Source of the DNA: Amphiscolops sp. MND2022
Lineage: Eukaryota
DNA length: 64,000 nt
Assembly (NCBI GenBank): GCA_964187785.1
Contig: OZ076409.1
Location: forward strand, 57,848,001 to 57,912,000
Direction of reading: 5' to 3'
Positions within the stretch are counted from its first letter, which is position 1, and each line of letters opens with the position of its first letter. The translations under genes were made by a program, and so were the position numbers. Below the pieces are notes generated by a model that was not told where the DNA came from, did not search any database, and saw nothing but the letters and a program-made list of their open reading frames with translations. Of this stretch, positions 49,410 through 62,253 are shown in pieces.

Positions 49410-51718
49410 GCTCCGTAGCGTCTCCGTACGTATTAAGATTATCTATGGCTAAGTAGCGGTGAACGCAGGGATGCGGAGTGCGTAGGAGTGCAAATTCGTT
49501 CTTAGCTCGTGGCGTCACGTCACTGTGAAAGCATTCTTATTGGACTGAGCGCAAATAACTCAGCCAGCGGACGACGCTTTTGGTCCGTAAAGAAAACGAA
49601 ACACCGGTTACTTGTTCTTCTGAGTGACGTTGTCGTATCATGGTAACTATTCTTTTAAAGTGCTTGACTGTAATTTGAGTGAAATTTGACAACTACTTTA
49701 GTACTGGAAAACAATCCACTATACTTTTGGTATGTTTGTTTCATTTTACACCGTTTGAGCTCAGTTAGGATCGCCGAATTGAATAATGTTTTGTTATTTC
49801 AATTCAGGGTGGAAAAGAAGAGCTAATTTTCATTTCTGAATTTCGTGTCTGTTTCGTTATTTAGGTCAGTATGTGAATCTCAGAAGATGAAACCGGAAGT
49901 TAAAATGATCACTCGCATGTTGCTAGGCCGGAAGGTTAAAGCGTTTTGTGAAATATTACGCTGTCCTTACGTTAACATCTTTTATCCGGAAAAAACAGCC
50001 TCGCAATTTTTTTGTCTGTACTGTAAGTAGAATTTTAATTAACTAACGTTAATAGTTTAATAATCTGTTGTGGCCAGACCGTCCTGCAAATCGATGAACT
50101 GCATCATGGCAGGTGAATCACCGACCGGGACCGGGTCGTGACATTCACAATAGTGTCTCTTTGCATATTTAAAAGGATTTGTTCTTTCGAACCTTCAGAA
50201 GGCGCCAACTTGGGCTGTTCCCGGCTTCCTCAGTTTTAAACCTAACATATGATAGACTGTTGAGACGATGAAATCTGTAGGGGAATCGACAAACAAAATC
50301 CTCACTCAAAGGCCTTTTCTCTCGAAATTAACCATAGAAACAATGAAACAGTTAATGATCTGTTGAGTCATTTTTCCTTGTCTCGCTGAGGCGCGTGTTT
50401 TTGGTACTTTCTGAGGAAATTTATTCTGCGTGGAACTATCGATGCTCTAATGGTCTTTTTCGCGAAACTTTTCCCCTTCTAATCTACATACCACAGTGTC
50501 ACTGCGTGTTTTGCTTGAACGAAAACTGGGCCTCGTTTTTATAGGGTTGGATGATAGAACAAATTGTCAACTAAAAATGCAATGCTACTTTTGAAAACAT
50601 AGTCGAAGGTCTTTCATTTATTCATCAATGCATCGTATTGCATTTCGTTTTTCAAGCACTCATCTGCACAACTTGGGATCATCAGCAGCGAACCTTCGAG
50701 GCAAGCTTAGCATTGTTGATTTCTGAAAGAACGTTTTTTCACAAAAACAGTCTTTTTCCAGAAACAAGGAGCAAAACATGACTACTAAAATCCAATTTTA
50801 CATCGTATTAACGTTGTTTTGGCAAACTCAATGAATCTAGCGCGTCTTTTTCTTCTTTCTCTCATGAAAACGACAAATCCTGCAACTAGCCTTCAATTCT
50901 TTACCTTCAATCACATTCTGTCAAGAAGTTAGCACGCTTCCATGTGCTGTTAGGCAAAAAGTCATCAAATAAATAATTTCGAACTTTTTCATCTTTCCCT
51001 CTTGAAGCGTCATCGTAATCGGTGCAATCACATAATTCAACTGGGAATTATTTGTATGCTACACGTTGTAACGTATGAGAACGAGAAGTTCCTGAAAAAC
51101 ACTATTATGAAACTATAGATTCACAGAGGAGTTTTCGACTTGCACGATTCTAACCCGACAATATTTATACCATTTAAGTCGAAAACTCCTCTGTAAAATT
51201 ATATTCAGGCCAAACCATCTCATGCTACAGTGGCCTGGACAATTGAGACGTGATAATGTTGAAGTGAATTCCAGCAACTGTTTGTCACAAATGCTCACTC
51301 AAAAGGGGCGCGAAACAACACGTATGGTGGAAGACTGAGACATACAACTAATCTTTTGAGCTCAATTTGTATATGAGTATGTTCTTCCTTGGACTATGAC
51401 TTAGAAGCTTTCAAACGGCAAAATCGCGCAGTGACAAAAAAACGAATGGTGCCTTATGAACAGAGGGTCAATATCCTAAATGAAAGAATCAAAAAATCAT
51501 GCGGACGGCCTTCTGTAAGATAAGAAGTGTTTCAAAAAAAGTCGCACAGTGCCGAACAAAACCTATATACAGCTTTATACTTTGAATGAAAATGTCAAAA
51601 ATGATAAGGCGGACACTTTGGTTCTCTTTAAATTTATTCTGAAAAGAAAATTTATCTGGAGATATTTTAGTCATTTCACGCTGATTAAAAAAATAACATT
51701 TTTTATAATCATCGGTTT

Positions 51719-52201
51719 TTAGTCGGCTCGTTTTCTAGCAATGTTTTTTTCCGTAAGATCACAGAATGCCTGCAAATTGTTAACTTTTCAACAGTTTGTT
51801 CACGCCGCAAATTGTAAGGATGCTAACTTCCCAAGCAGACGACCGTTGGTTCCATGTCTGCATAGGACTAAATTTTTTTGTTTGCAAACCCTTGACGTGT
51901 CATAAGGTCCTCCTTGTTTTTTTCGGCACTCTTCGCTTTTTTCGAAAACTTCTATTTCACAGTTGCTCTTTTATCTCAACTTTCAAAAAAGGCGTTTTTA
52001 AGCCTAAGTGGTCCTATCTTTGGGTTTTTTGGCAGTGGCTTACTTTTTTCAATTTTTTTTTGGGCCCACAGGTCGCCCATGTGGATATTTTTGCCACTTT
52101 GAAAGTTATGAAAAATTGTCACCCCGAACCATTTATTTGAGACTGCACTTTTTGAACTTCAAGCGGGGCGCCGATTCTAGACGGTCCGGTCCCGTCTTGT
52201 T
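51719..52201 (+). mobile_element. HINE-like element, diverged copy
   Basis: Head TTAGTCGGCTCG, internal TTTTCGGCACT repeat, tail GGCGCCGATT followed by hairpin AGACGG..CCGTCT and TGTT. A similar isolated tail lies at ~50195-50230. Confidence 0.55.
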
Positions 52202-54023
52202 ATTTTATAGAGCGCAAACTGTGGTCAGCACATGGAAACTTCCAGTTTGGAACTTGGAAGAACATTTTACTTGTGCACTGAAGGGTCTGCCAAAAATTAT
52301 TTTAAAATAAAACTATTAATGAAGGTTATTGATGAAATGATTTGCTAAACTAATGCTAATATTTCACAGCAATTCGACACTTTGCTGATGTTTTTGAAAT
52401 GGGATGTTTTATGTTTTGAAAAGTGCAAGGTTCAGTAATACTTTACGTTGAGGAAAAAAGGAAGAAACTTTGCATTTTTAAAAATTGTATGGCTCCGAAT
52501 TTAGAAGTTAACATTATAATGTTTATCAAAAATATGTTTTCTACCTAGGTTCACGTGTGTGAAGTAAAACTTTATTCCAGTTCTTTTCCAAAAACAATGC
52601 TCTGCCTGTGGGATGGATTTACTTTCAAATCCGTTCCCTCCAAACTTATCATCAGTCAGTGACCGACAGTACTTGTTAAAACCTCAGTCTTTTTAGCGGA
52701 ATCCTAATTTCCTACAACGGAATTTAGTCCGAAATTACTGGATGCTTGAAACATTTCCCAACTCTTGGAAACGAAAAAAAAAAGATATTTGATCATGAAG
52801 TTGCGATTTTTTTTACAATTCATGAGTTCTCCAAATTTAGAAGTGAAGTGAATCATTTTCAATGACTGATTTTTGCGCTCATTTTGTCCTAATTCAATTA
52901 GTTTCATTTCGCTTTCCTTTCTATTTCGCAATTGTTCAATTGAACTAGCACTGCTCTCCCTAATAAGTCTCGACTTCATCCCTACTCATGCCAAATTAAC
53001 ACATCTGTTATTTTCTGTCAGGCACAACTTGGAGAAAGGGGGTAGATGAAAAAATTTTATTATATTGCAACAATTAGCCGAGTCATTTGCAGACATGAAA
53101 TTGGTTGTTTTCTGAAATTGAAACTGGATTATTTAAAAGCATCATGGTCATCGAAACAGTATATCCCTACACTCTGCTGTTGCTTGCAAGTTGCAGGCAA
53201 GTTGAAAAGGGGAGAAATAACATCTAATTTGAAAGAAACATACCATATAAAATTCTGTTGGAAATACAAAATATTTTAAGGACAAAAAGACATAGAAATG
53301 AATCTGATAAAGCTATTGATTAGATATTATGGTTTGGAAAGCTGGATAAAACTTTCATCGTTGGATCGATTGCTGGATGGTCAATGGTATATAGTGAGAG
53401 TAATTTGGCTACTTGTGAACATAACTTCCGATAGGTATTCAATCAATAGTTGCACCTTGGGAATAAAGCTAAAACCATTGATGGCAAACACTAACCCGCA
53501 AAATGGTGGGGGTATAAACTGCACAGGTGTTTGATTAAAACAAAAAGTGTGGCCGCATCACTGCATAGCCTTTTAAGGGGTTGTGGAACTTTTTTATCCA
53601 TGAAAAAAAGGTCCCAGAAATCCAACACTTGATTTGACGACTTGAAATATTAGATTTATCGTCGCACAGAGTGCAATTGTATAGATGCTTAGCAGTTTAT
53701 CTAACTACACGTAAGGAATTATGACAAATCTGGGGAATATATAAAAGATAAAATGACAGAAAAACTGAGACATTTTCCCAGATAAAACTGAGTTCTCATA
53801 AAACATTCATACCGACGGCAAACTTGCTGTGAATCAGTTCAACAATAACACCGTCGCTGCTTCTTCGATTAAGGTCCTGGTGACCAAGTGTCGGGAATTT
53901 TCGAGTTGATATAGTTTTGGCCCAGCCAAATTTTCATTATTTAACTTGAAATAAAGTATGATTTGTATGCATTTTGCTCGTTTTCTTCAGGGTCAAGCCA
54001 CGGTTGCGTAATGGTTACGTCAT

Positions 54024-54696
54024 TCAGCTGCTGGCTGTCGAGTGTATATTGTGGGGAAAGAGAGCAGCTGTGCTGAATTGGTGGTGCGGGGATGACGAGA
54101 AGGGTAACGAGCTGACCATGTTGCCAGCGCTGGTTGGGAGTCCGTGAAACCCGCTGTGTTGACTGGACGCCACAGCTGCGAAGAATGGTGCCAGATTTTG
54201 CTGGGTGTGAGCCGCAGCAGACACACTTCTCTGACCCGGACCTGCACACCTGGACAGGGAACTCTGGGGTAACAGTGTCTGATTGGCTGCCAGAAGAGCC
54301 CCGGCAGCAGCCACGTGGGCAGCCACTGTCGAGTCTGCGGAGCTGGGGGAGAGACAAGGATCGATCTGATTGGTTGATGAGTTTGATGACGTAATAGAGT
54401 TGGGATTGTTTTTGATAGTCATATCTGTGGCTGCAGGAATTGTAGAAGAAGGAGGGGCGCTTGAAGTGTTGATATGTTGTTGTAACGGGGACAATCCTCC
54501 CCCCACTGAAGACTGGGTGTTGGGTGTCCCCACTCCCCCAAAAGCTGCCCCCAGTTGCTGCATCTCAGCTCGTTCTGCTGCGAGACACTCTTCTGACTCC
54601 GAGCAGTGATCCTCACTGTCCTCATTCCCGGAATTGGCAACTGTCATTTGGTATCCGTCTTCGGTCTTGATCACGAACTGACACTTTTTCTTTCGT
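54024..54696 (-). CDS. TCF: TCF/LEF last coding exon (end of C-clamp RKKKC, low-complexity tail, stop)
   Basis: Acceptor TTTGTTTTAG, phase 2 matches the previous exon to give CKHCR-RKKKC; open to TGA at 54024. Confidence 0.9.
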
Positions 54697-56084
54697 CTAA
54701 AACAAAAAAAACATTCCATAATCATGCTTCAGTTGAAAATCCAATCTTATATTTCTCTTCCAAAATGGTTCTCTATCTTTTTAAATTCAGGTGCGCAACC
54801 ATAATAGTAGCAATAGAACTTTTTAGCTTTTCGAAGATTCGGTGAGAAAAGTGGTGAATGTCTAGGTTCAAAACTACCCCAGGTCAGCTTTTTATTTTTG
54901 TCAAGATGAAACAGAGGACAGATTCAAACAAGTTTTTGCGGCAACTCAGCCAAGCGGAACGGGGAATCGCATCTGTTTATACTCTTGTTTCATCTGTCCC
55001 ATTAACAAGCGTGATGTTACTTGTGATCAGCCAGGCATGAAATATTTCATTGCCATAACCGCTTTTCCTTCTTTTTCATCTTATTCTCACATCAAACTCA
55101 TTTACGCTCAGCAAATTTCAATTCAACGCAACTTCTGCATCCGTGTATTTTCCCGGTGATTCATGAACAAACTTCTACTCCTTTCTCTTATTCACGCGCT
55201 TCATTCTCCTTCTTTGGCGCGGCCAGATGACATTTTTCCAGTGCGTGGTTATCCCAACAGGTTAAGTTGTTTGCCGATGCACGTCTCTTATTTATCCCCC
55301 GCCTGTTAAATGACCTCAGAAAGAACATGGAGTTTATTTTCCCAAAAAGGCAGCAAACATTTTGGAATGTCTCTCTCCCATATGAAAGCAGAGAGCCTGT
55401 TGTAGGTTACGAAGCACGCGACAAGGGCCTTTTCTACGACCACGCATCGGTCACATTTTGGACCAAAGATAGCAGTAGTGGTGGTAGTAGTAGTGATAGT
55501 AGTAGGTCCGCAGTTTTCTGTAGTTCTTGGCTATATCTCTTCTTTTGAGACATATATGCAGAAAGATGATGGTACTATTAGTAATAGTATGATATGCGGC
55601 TGTGATGTGCTTGCTAGATGTACTATGTTCGCTGCTTCTGGACTACTTTACTTTACTTTTCCCTTTCTTCTTTTCCTTTCATGCCGGCACCGCCGCCGCC
55701 GCCGCACTCCGGCCGACAAGACTGGTGCAGTAGTCCGGCAAGGGACACATGAGAAGAGAGGACCAAAAGTACCGGCGCATCATCTACTACTCTTATGGTT
55801 CATGTTGGAAGCAGCACTTCTTGTGCTCTTTAGCTCCTCTTCTTTCCCAGAGTGCTAGAGCCGACCGAGCTGAGAAAGTAGAGCCGAGCGGGCAGAGAAA
55901 AGACAAGATAAGATGAAACAGAAGAGGGATTTTGTTTACTGTAAATGAGACGCAATTAGTTTGCGTGCGGAATAAAGAGATATTGTTGCAGTAATCTTGA
56001 GGCTGTATAGAAATTAAGAAAGTTGCAAAAATGATTTTTGCTCAAGGGAGTTTCAACCTCTAATCACTTTACTCGTTCTCAGCT

Positions 56085-56139
56085 AGATCAAAGCATTTAG
56101 CCGCCAATTCAAGTCAGCGCCAATTCACAGACATCAAAG
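56085..56139. promoter_or_regulatory. Candidate bipartite Wnt-response element in a TCF intron
   Basis: AGATCAAAG (56085-93), helper site GCCGCCA (56100-06), ACATCAAAG (56131-39); match established TCF HMG (CTTTGAT) and C-clamp helper (GCCGCCR) consensus. Confidence 0.45.
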
Positions 56140-57139
56140 AGACTTTAAAGCAGTCTTCATTCCTTCTGTTCTCTATCGCGTGTCCCATTCAGCCGCTGTT
56201 GATCTTCTTTTTAACTCCATGCACTTCTCAACTAAACTCAATTCCACTCTCTCTCCCTCTTTCTTCCCTCTTTCCTGCTCCTCTGTACTTCCCCTCACCC
56301 CTCACCCCTTCACCCTTATATCCCAACAATTGTTCACCTCACCCAAGTCAACAACCCCCCCCCACATTCTTACTCCCTATACATCTCCCTGCACACTTTC
56401 CCGCGCTCTCTACTTTGGCCCCCGTTTCATTTCACACTTGAAACACATCTCAAACCAAGGAAAAAGCGAGCAGTAAGCAGGCCTCCTGCCATTGTGCTGA
56501 GCGGGAAAAGTCTCAAAGCCTATCAACCAAACGTCACTCGCGAGGAGATGAAAAAGTTGAAAGCTTTGTCATCTTTCGAGTTTGAAGTTAAAAAGTGAAG
56601 CGAGAAGAAAAAGAAAAAGTGAGAAGAAAAAAGCGAAAAAGTGAAAAGCAGTTGAAAAACGCGGCGAAATTGGCCCCCGAGTAGAATCCATTATTTCCCA
56701 GCTGCTAATTTTTAAATTTGAATGCTTTTAGAGAACCAATCTTCTAATTATAGCTCACTCAATGAAATTCGACCTTTGAGTGACCTAGCAAAAAGTGTTC
56801 CCGACAGGTTAAGATGACTACTCAAACTCAAGAGCTAGCTATTTTTGAATACTTTGTTAAACAGAGTGACATTTTTTTTAGATTGAAAGCTGAAAAAGCT
56901 AAATATTGCTTTAGATCATTAGTTGAGTTACTTTCTGATCTTAATTTCGTGTTTTGCACATTTTCAGTTACTTGAGCCTCTTTCTAACTATTTCTGACTT
57001 CGTGCCTTTTTTGGTTGACGAATACTTTTGAGAAACCTGATTTGCACGGTCCCCTTTTGTTTCAAGTCCCCTCCTCATTTTTATCAAGGTTTCAATTCTA
57101 GAAATATTTTCCAATTGTTTTGAAACTGATAGTACATAC

Positions 57140-57200
57140 CTGCAATGTTTACACCAAGCTTCTTGTTGATCCATTCCAAATCTCGCTCTGCATTTCTTGT
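57140..57200 (-). CDS. TCF: TCF/LEF C-clamp (CRARF) exon, 61 nt
   Basis: TTTCTGTTTTAG acceptor, GTATGT donor, encodes DKKCRARFGMDQQEAWCKHCR; phases 1/2 fit the neighbouring exons. Confidence 0.95.
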
Positions 57201-59711
57201 CTAAAACAGAAAACTTATTTTTTTAATTGGTCTTGACGGCTAAAGTTTTGAGGCGAAGACTTTGTTTTCCCAAATGATTAGTTAAAATATGCTTCCAAAA
57301 TTTGCGAAATGCGTCAAATTAACGAGTCATTTAATTTCTCTACATGACGTTTCATCAGATAGTTTCTAGCTTGCTATTTCAAAAGTAATTTCAGACTTGC
57401 TTCGGGAAGAACATTGCTCTTTGATCAAAGCCAAGACATTCGAGAAGTCATTTTATGCAAAGTTTTTGTTGGCTCCTCGTAAATGTAAGACAAATTAAGT
57501 ACAAAGGAAGCTCGTCCATTGATGAATTGACCAATCGGCAGGGCTTCTTTCAATAGCAGCCAATCGCCAAACACATCGGAATTAAAATTAGCCCCAAGTT
57601 TAGAATCTATTTATTCAAGTAGCATTATAGCGCTCTAGCGCTCACAAAACAACAAATTAGGTTTACGTAACCCAAAGGAAAATTTTACTGAGAAAAGCAA
57701 ATCTTCACTTGTGTCGTAAAATGTCTTTCTATAAATATTTGTATTAAGATATGGGATGGAATCATTTGTTCTTAAAAGCCCGCCGCCCAAGGGCAATTCT
57801 AGTACGGGGAGTCACGAAGCCCAAACTATGTATCCCTGTGGATATCATTCATTGTACAGGGTTCTTAGGATGTTTGTAGTAGATTCAACATTTGATTGTG
57901 GTCCTTCTGAGGTGCACTTTCAAAGGCAATAGGGGGCTATGTGGTTTGATGTTTGGGGAGGGGTGTTGGATTACATAGCTTGAGCTCTTTAATCCGGCCG
58001 GCCTGGGTTTGAGACTTTCATTGTATTAGAGCGACAGTGGTTTGTGTTTTGCTCCTTGAGTGATCGGCCGCCGCCGCCGTCACCACAGCCGTCCGTCCGT
58101 CCGTCCCGGCGACCGACCGCAGTCCTGTCTTTCGTAGAGAGTATCAATGTGTGGTGCTTGTACATATTGGTTGTAAGTATGGGTTTAGTGGTGTGTTAGT
58201 TAGTTAGTTGAAGGGTAGAAGAAAAGAGAAAAGAAAGAATGAAAGAGTTGAGTTGGTTGTTTGGATTTGTTGTGTTGGCTTTGGAGCCTGAGCTCAAACT
58301 TGTCAGCTGCTCATTTCGCTATATGACAACAATTACTTGTTTGAAGTCGGCACATGAAAAGAACTTCAAAGACTTCGGTCATTGAACTAAAGTAGCACTT
58401 GAAAGGCATCAAAGGCGTCTTTGCAAATCAATCATAAATTTTGACTGTGAAAAACCAGCTGAAAGAAGAAATATACACGATTGTGATCCGAAATTCACTT
58501 GAAACATTAGTGCACACACTTCTAAAGATAGCGGGTAATTGTAATTAGATTGGAGCAGGTGTTAATAACTACACTTGCCGGCGGTGGCGGTGGCTAAAGC
58601 GACTCCACTGCTCAAGTTAGAATAGCGAGTGGTTCCCCTAGCAGTCCTCCGACGGCTAGCCTCTAAGCTAACGGCGGTATCAGCGGTAAATTATACTAAC
58701 ATGAAAGAAATATTATTTCACACATCTCTCAACTCATTCACACCTTCTTTGGTTGATGCTGTCAACTGGTATTATCACTGTCTCTACCTGTCCCACTTCT
58801 GGTGTTAAGCGACCGTCAGTAATAATCGAACCGAGTCAAAAGTTATAACCGACGTTTTATGTCCTGTCAATCATTATCTCTTTCAATAAGTCATTTCCAG
58901 TTTCAAACACTAGCATTTTGTCGCGACAAGCGCTTTGTACAAGGATAAAACTTAGTACTTTGTAGTATCTCGATATACTTAAAATCCCCCTGTAGTTTTA
59001 TAAACTTTTATCTCAAGTAATTTACATCAAAAAACTTGAGTTATCACCAGAATTACGCAATCAATAAATTCCCACCATTTTCCAGATATTTTTCTCCTCT
59101 GTATGCAAATTATAAGTAATCGCAAACGCAAAAATTGCTCAAAATTGATGCTCCAAGCTTGCTATCAAACAAAATTGGTGTTGGAATTTACCAGTCAATA
59201 ATTATATATTTATTATCTCAGACTATTTTTAAAACTGGTAAAATACTTAAAGTGCCGGAATCATTGGGAAAATAGCTGCTTTTCAAATCTCTTGGGTGTA
59301 CAAAAATTGATCCAAAACATACATTTTCCTGCTAGCACAAATTGAAGACAATTTGGCAAAACAAAGACAGGCCAATTATTAACGAACTGCTTACAAGTTG
59401 TAAAAAATAAATACAAAAACAAACATTTCACGACCAAGAATTGTTACTTTTTCCGTGTCAGAAGTTCCAACAAACGATATATCTTGCACCAAAAGATTCT
59501 TATCTTACAGTTGCAAGATGGTACAAAAATCAAATATTGATGTGACTAACTTTATTCTTCATGTTCTACTTTTTGGTATAATTCGGTCAAAATGATTCAT
59601 GACCGAAGCTTTTTTTCTTAATTCTCTTCAACACATAGTTCCAGTTTCTGACAAAACACCTGATACTAGGCTTAGTTGGAATTTTAGCGGTAACAGACAA
59701 AAAAAGCTTAC

Positions 59712-59931
59712 CAATATCGGGAAATTCAGGCTTAGGGTTGTGGGCGGTGACTCCAGGCACCCCGGGAAGAGTCTGTTGAGGGGGTCCCTGTCGCTTCCTC
59801 TTCTTCCTGTGCTTGCCCATGGCGTAGTTGTCACGTGCACTCCATCCAGGGTACAGTTTCAGGTGGATGGCCCTCTCCCGTCTGGCCATCTCGTAGTACT
59901 TGGCCTGTTCTGTTCTATCCAGTTGGTGCCA
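59712..59931 (-). CDS. TCF: TCF/LEF exon: HMG box second half and basic tail
   Basis: TTTTGCAG acceptor, GTAAGC donor, [42 protein letters not shown]. Confidence 0.97.
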
Positions 59932-61588
59932 CTGCAAAACATGGAAAGAATGTATGAAATGTGTCAAAAACATCTAATTTTCTCAATCACAGAGCAACCT
60001 TATTTACTTTATCTAAGCCTGTGTACAGTATCATCAAACCGGAATCATCGATGAGTTTGATTGATTTTCGAATGCAGGAGCAAAACTTTCCTCTCCGTAA
60101 AAAAAGCAACTTTACTGAAAAGCTTTTCGCTTCAATGCAAAACTTTGCCGGAAAATAACGAGAAAAAAAAGGAAAGGAAAAGAAAAGAAACCAAATATTA
60201 AGCAATGGTATCTAGGCAGTCGGACAAAACTGACATGTGGCGCTACTCAAATTTGAGAAATTTCGAAACTGTTTTGAATTCTCGGACTTGAAGCTGTGAA
60301 CTATTGATAACACAAACTATGAAAGAATGTCCCAAAATAAATCAAAAATGCAACATCACTCGAGTGAGTGAGAAACCGAAAGACCGCAGAAAGCCCTGCG
60401 CATGCATACTTAAGTATTTCGAGAAATTTCGAGAAATTTCTAGAATGAAAATGTTCATGACATTGGAAACTTCCTTCCATGAAATAATTGAGTATGGTCA
60501 AATTTTAATGAGGATTACGCCTCTCTGAGAAACTTTCTCTCTAAGGAACCGTCGCAAATCAAACGAGCCGGTAGCCAGTATAAAAGTCAACAGGTTACTT
60601 GGAATTGAATGAATGCTCTCTTTGGATCTTCGAAAGATGCAACAACATTTGAATGTTGAATAACTTTTTACTTTGCGGCTCAGGCCTTTGAATGGCGTCA
60701 TGAATTGGAGAGATGACATGAGATTGACTTGACTTTCACCGCATTCTTCCCTTTCGGGCTCTTCATGATAGTTTGTTGGGAATATGAATCAGCGATTAAG
60801 AACATCTTAATTATGTTTAATTGCAATTATCATTAATAAACAAATATGAGAAATGGCATCTACATGTATTTAATCAGTAGTTATTACAATGATAGGAGCT
60901 TGAGAAACGTTTGAACTTTTCGGCGGCACGGTCGGAACATCAGAGAGCGTTGATGAAACGCTAGTAAGTAGCAAAAGCATTAGAAACAAACAAGCAAACT
61001 GTCCGCTACTTCTTTTCTCTTCACTTTATTTAAGTCTTGAAAGCCGAAACCGAAACTTTCACAAGCCCAACAACTGAGCCTGAATCAAAGAACCAAAAGT
61101 TATCACCATGAAAGAAATAACCTTATTTTACAACAACGCTCAAAATTAGGCTTATATTGGTTTTTACGAATCAGTAAAATTCTTTGATATGTAATGGTTC
61201 CTACCATGCGTAAAGCTTTTTGCTTTTCCCAGCACAACGTTTCTTTTCAAGGGTTGCTAAATTCCAAAATCCTGGTCTTTTGGAAAAATACTGGATCAAA
61301 GTATGATTGGAAACAAAAACCAAAACCATTCGGACGATCTGGCAAAATGGAAAGACATAAACGTCAGAAATTCAACTTTTGACATGAAAGAAAAAATTCA
61401 AGTGTTCACGGATGACTTTTAAATGATCAAAGCTCTCTAAAGGAGTCTTTAAAAATGAAACTAAAGAAATTAAATTTCTTTGTGAAGTTTTATAATTTTC
61501 AACAATTGGGTCCCAATAATTACAATAATTTTAATTTCGTTAGCAATTTTATTAGAAACGTGGTGATTCGAAATGTGTTAGTACTAAC

Positions 61589-61848
61589 TTTACGTCCGAG
61601 AATCTGATTGATAGCTGCCGATTCCTTCAGGGTGCTTTCCTGCATGACCTTTTCCCGGTTTTCCTTCATGAAAAGCATGAACGCATTCAGAGGTTTCTTG
61701 ACATAGGGCTTGTACGATTTCTGCTCCTCCACTGCTTGCTGTTGTTGGTGGGCTAAAACAGCCGCGTGCTCTTTGTTGCGTTTCTCGAAGTCTTCTGCTG
61801 TCATGTTTCCGCCCAGGTAGAAGGGAAATGCGGCCCGGTGAGTTGCAC
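61589..61848 (-). CDS. TCF: TCF/LEF exon: HMG box first half
   Basis: TTTTCTAG acceptor, GTTAGT donor, [38 protein letters not shown]; phase-0 intron before W as is typical for TCF/LEF genes. Confidence 0.97.
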
Positions 61849-62076
61849 CTAGAAAAGTTATATAGGTTATAAATGGAGAAAAACGGCTTCTTCCGAAAGT
61901 TTGTCGATAACATTGATATTCCATTGCTTTCCAAAGTCATAGAAAAGTAACATCACTTTGTACTTTGGAGAGTGTGAGTAGCCTTTAGTTTATTCTCATC
62001 AATTGATAGCACATTTTCCAGAGCTGATATGTCATGACTACTATTTATTGGAACGAACAAGAGTTGATAAACTGAC

Positions 62077-62253
62077 CAGGTAAAATGGCTCCGGCTCCTG
62101 GATGGTAAGGGTTGTGGTGTATTCCATGGGCGCCGCCCGGGAACATTGCACCTGCTCCGGCCCACTGGTGAGGTAGACTGAAATCGTGGTATGACGTAGG
62201 AGGAAACGGGACCCCTCCTGTGGCCCCTTGGGGGAATCCAGGTCTGGGCATAC
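62077..62253 (-). CDS. TCF: TCF/LEF exon: Pro/Gly/His-rich context-dependent region
   Basis: ATTTTAG acceptor, GTCAGT donor, 177 nt, phase 1/1 in frame with the next exon (GMPRPGFP..HPGAGAILPG). Beta-catenin-binding exons not in the window. Confidence 0.82.

Noticed and set aside
49490..49990. Promoter-like motifs (CRE, CCAAT) and possible small exons; similar motifs at ~20550-20700
   Set aside because: No assemblable ORF or homology visible; short motifs alone are insufficient.
55683..58595. Docking/selector RNA pairing between GCC/GGC tracts around the C-clamp exon
   Set aside because: Complementarity is only ~13/15 nt of low-complexity triplets; the helper-site explanation is simpler and there is no covariation evidence.
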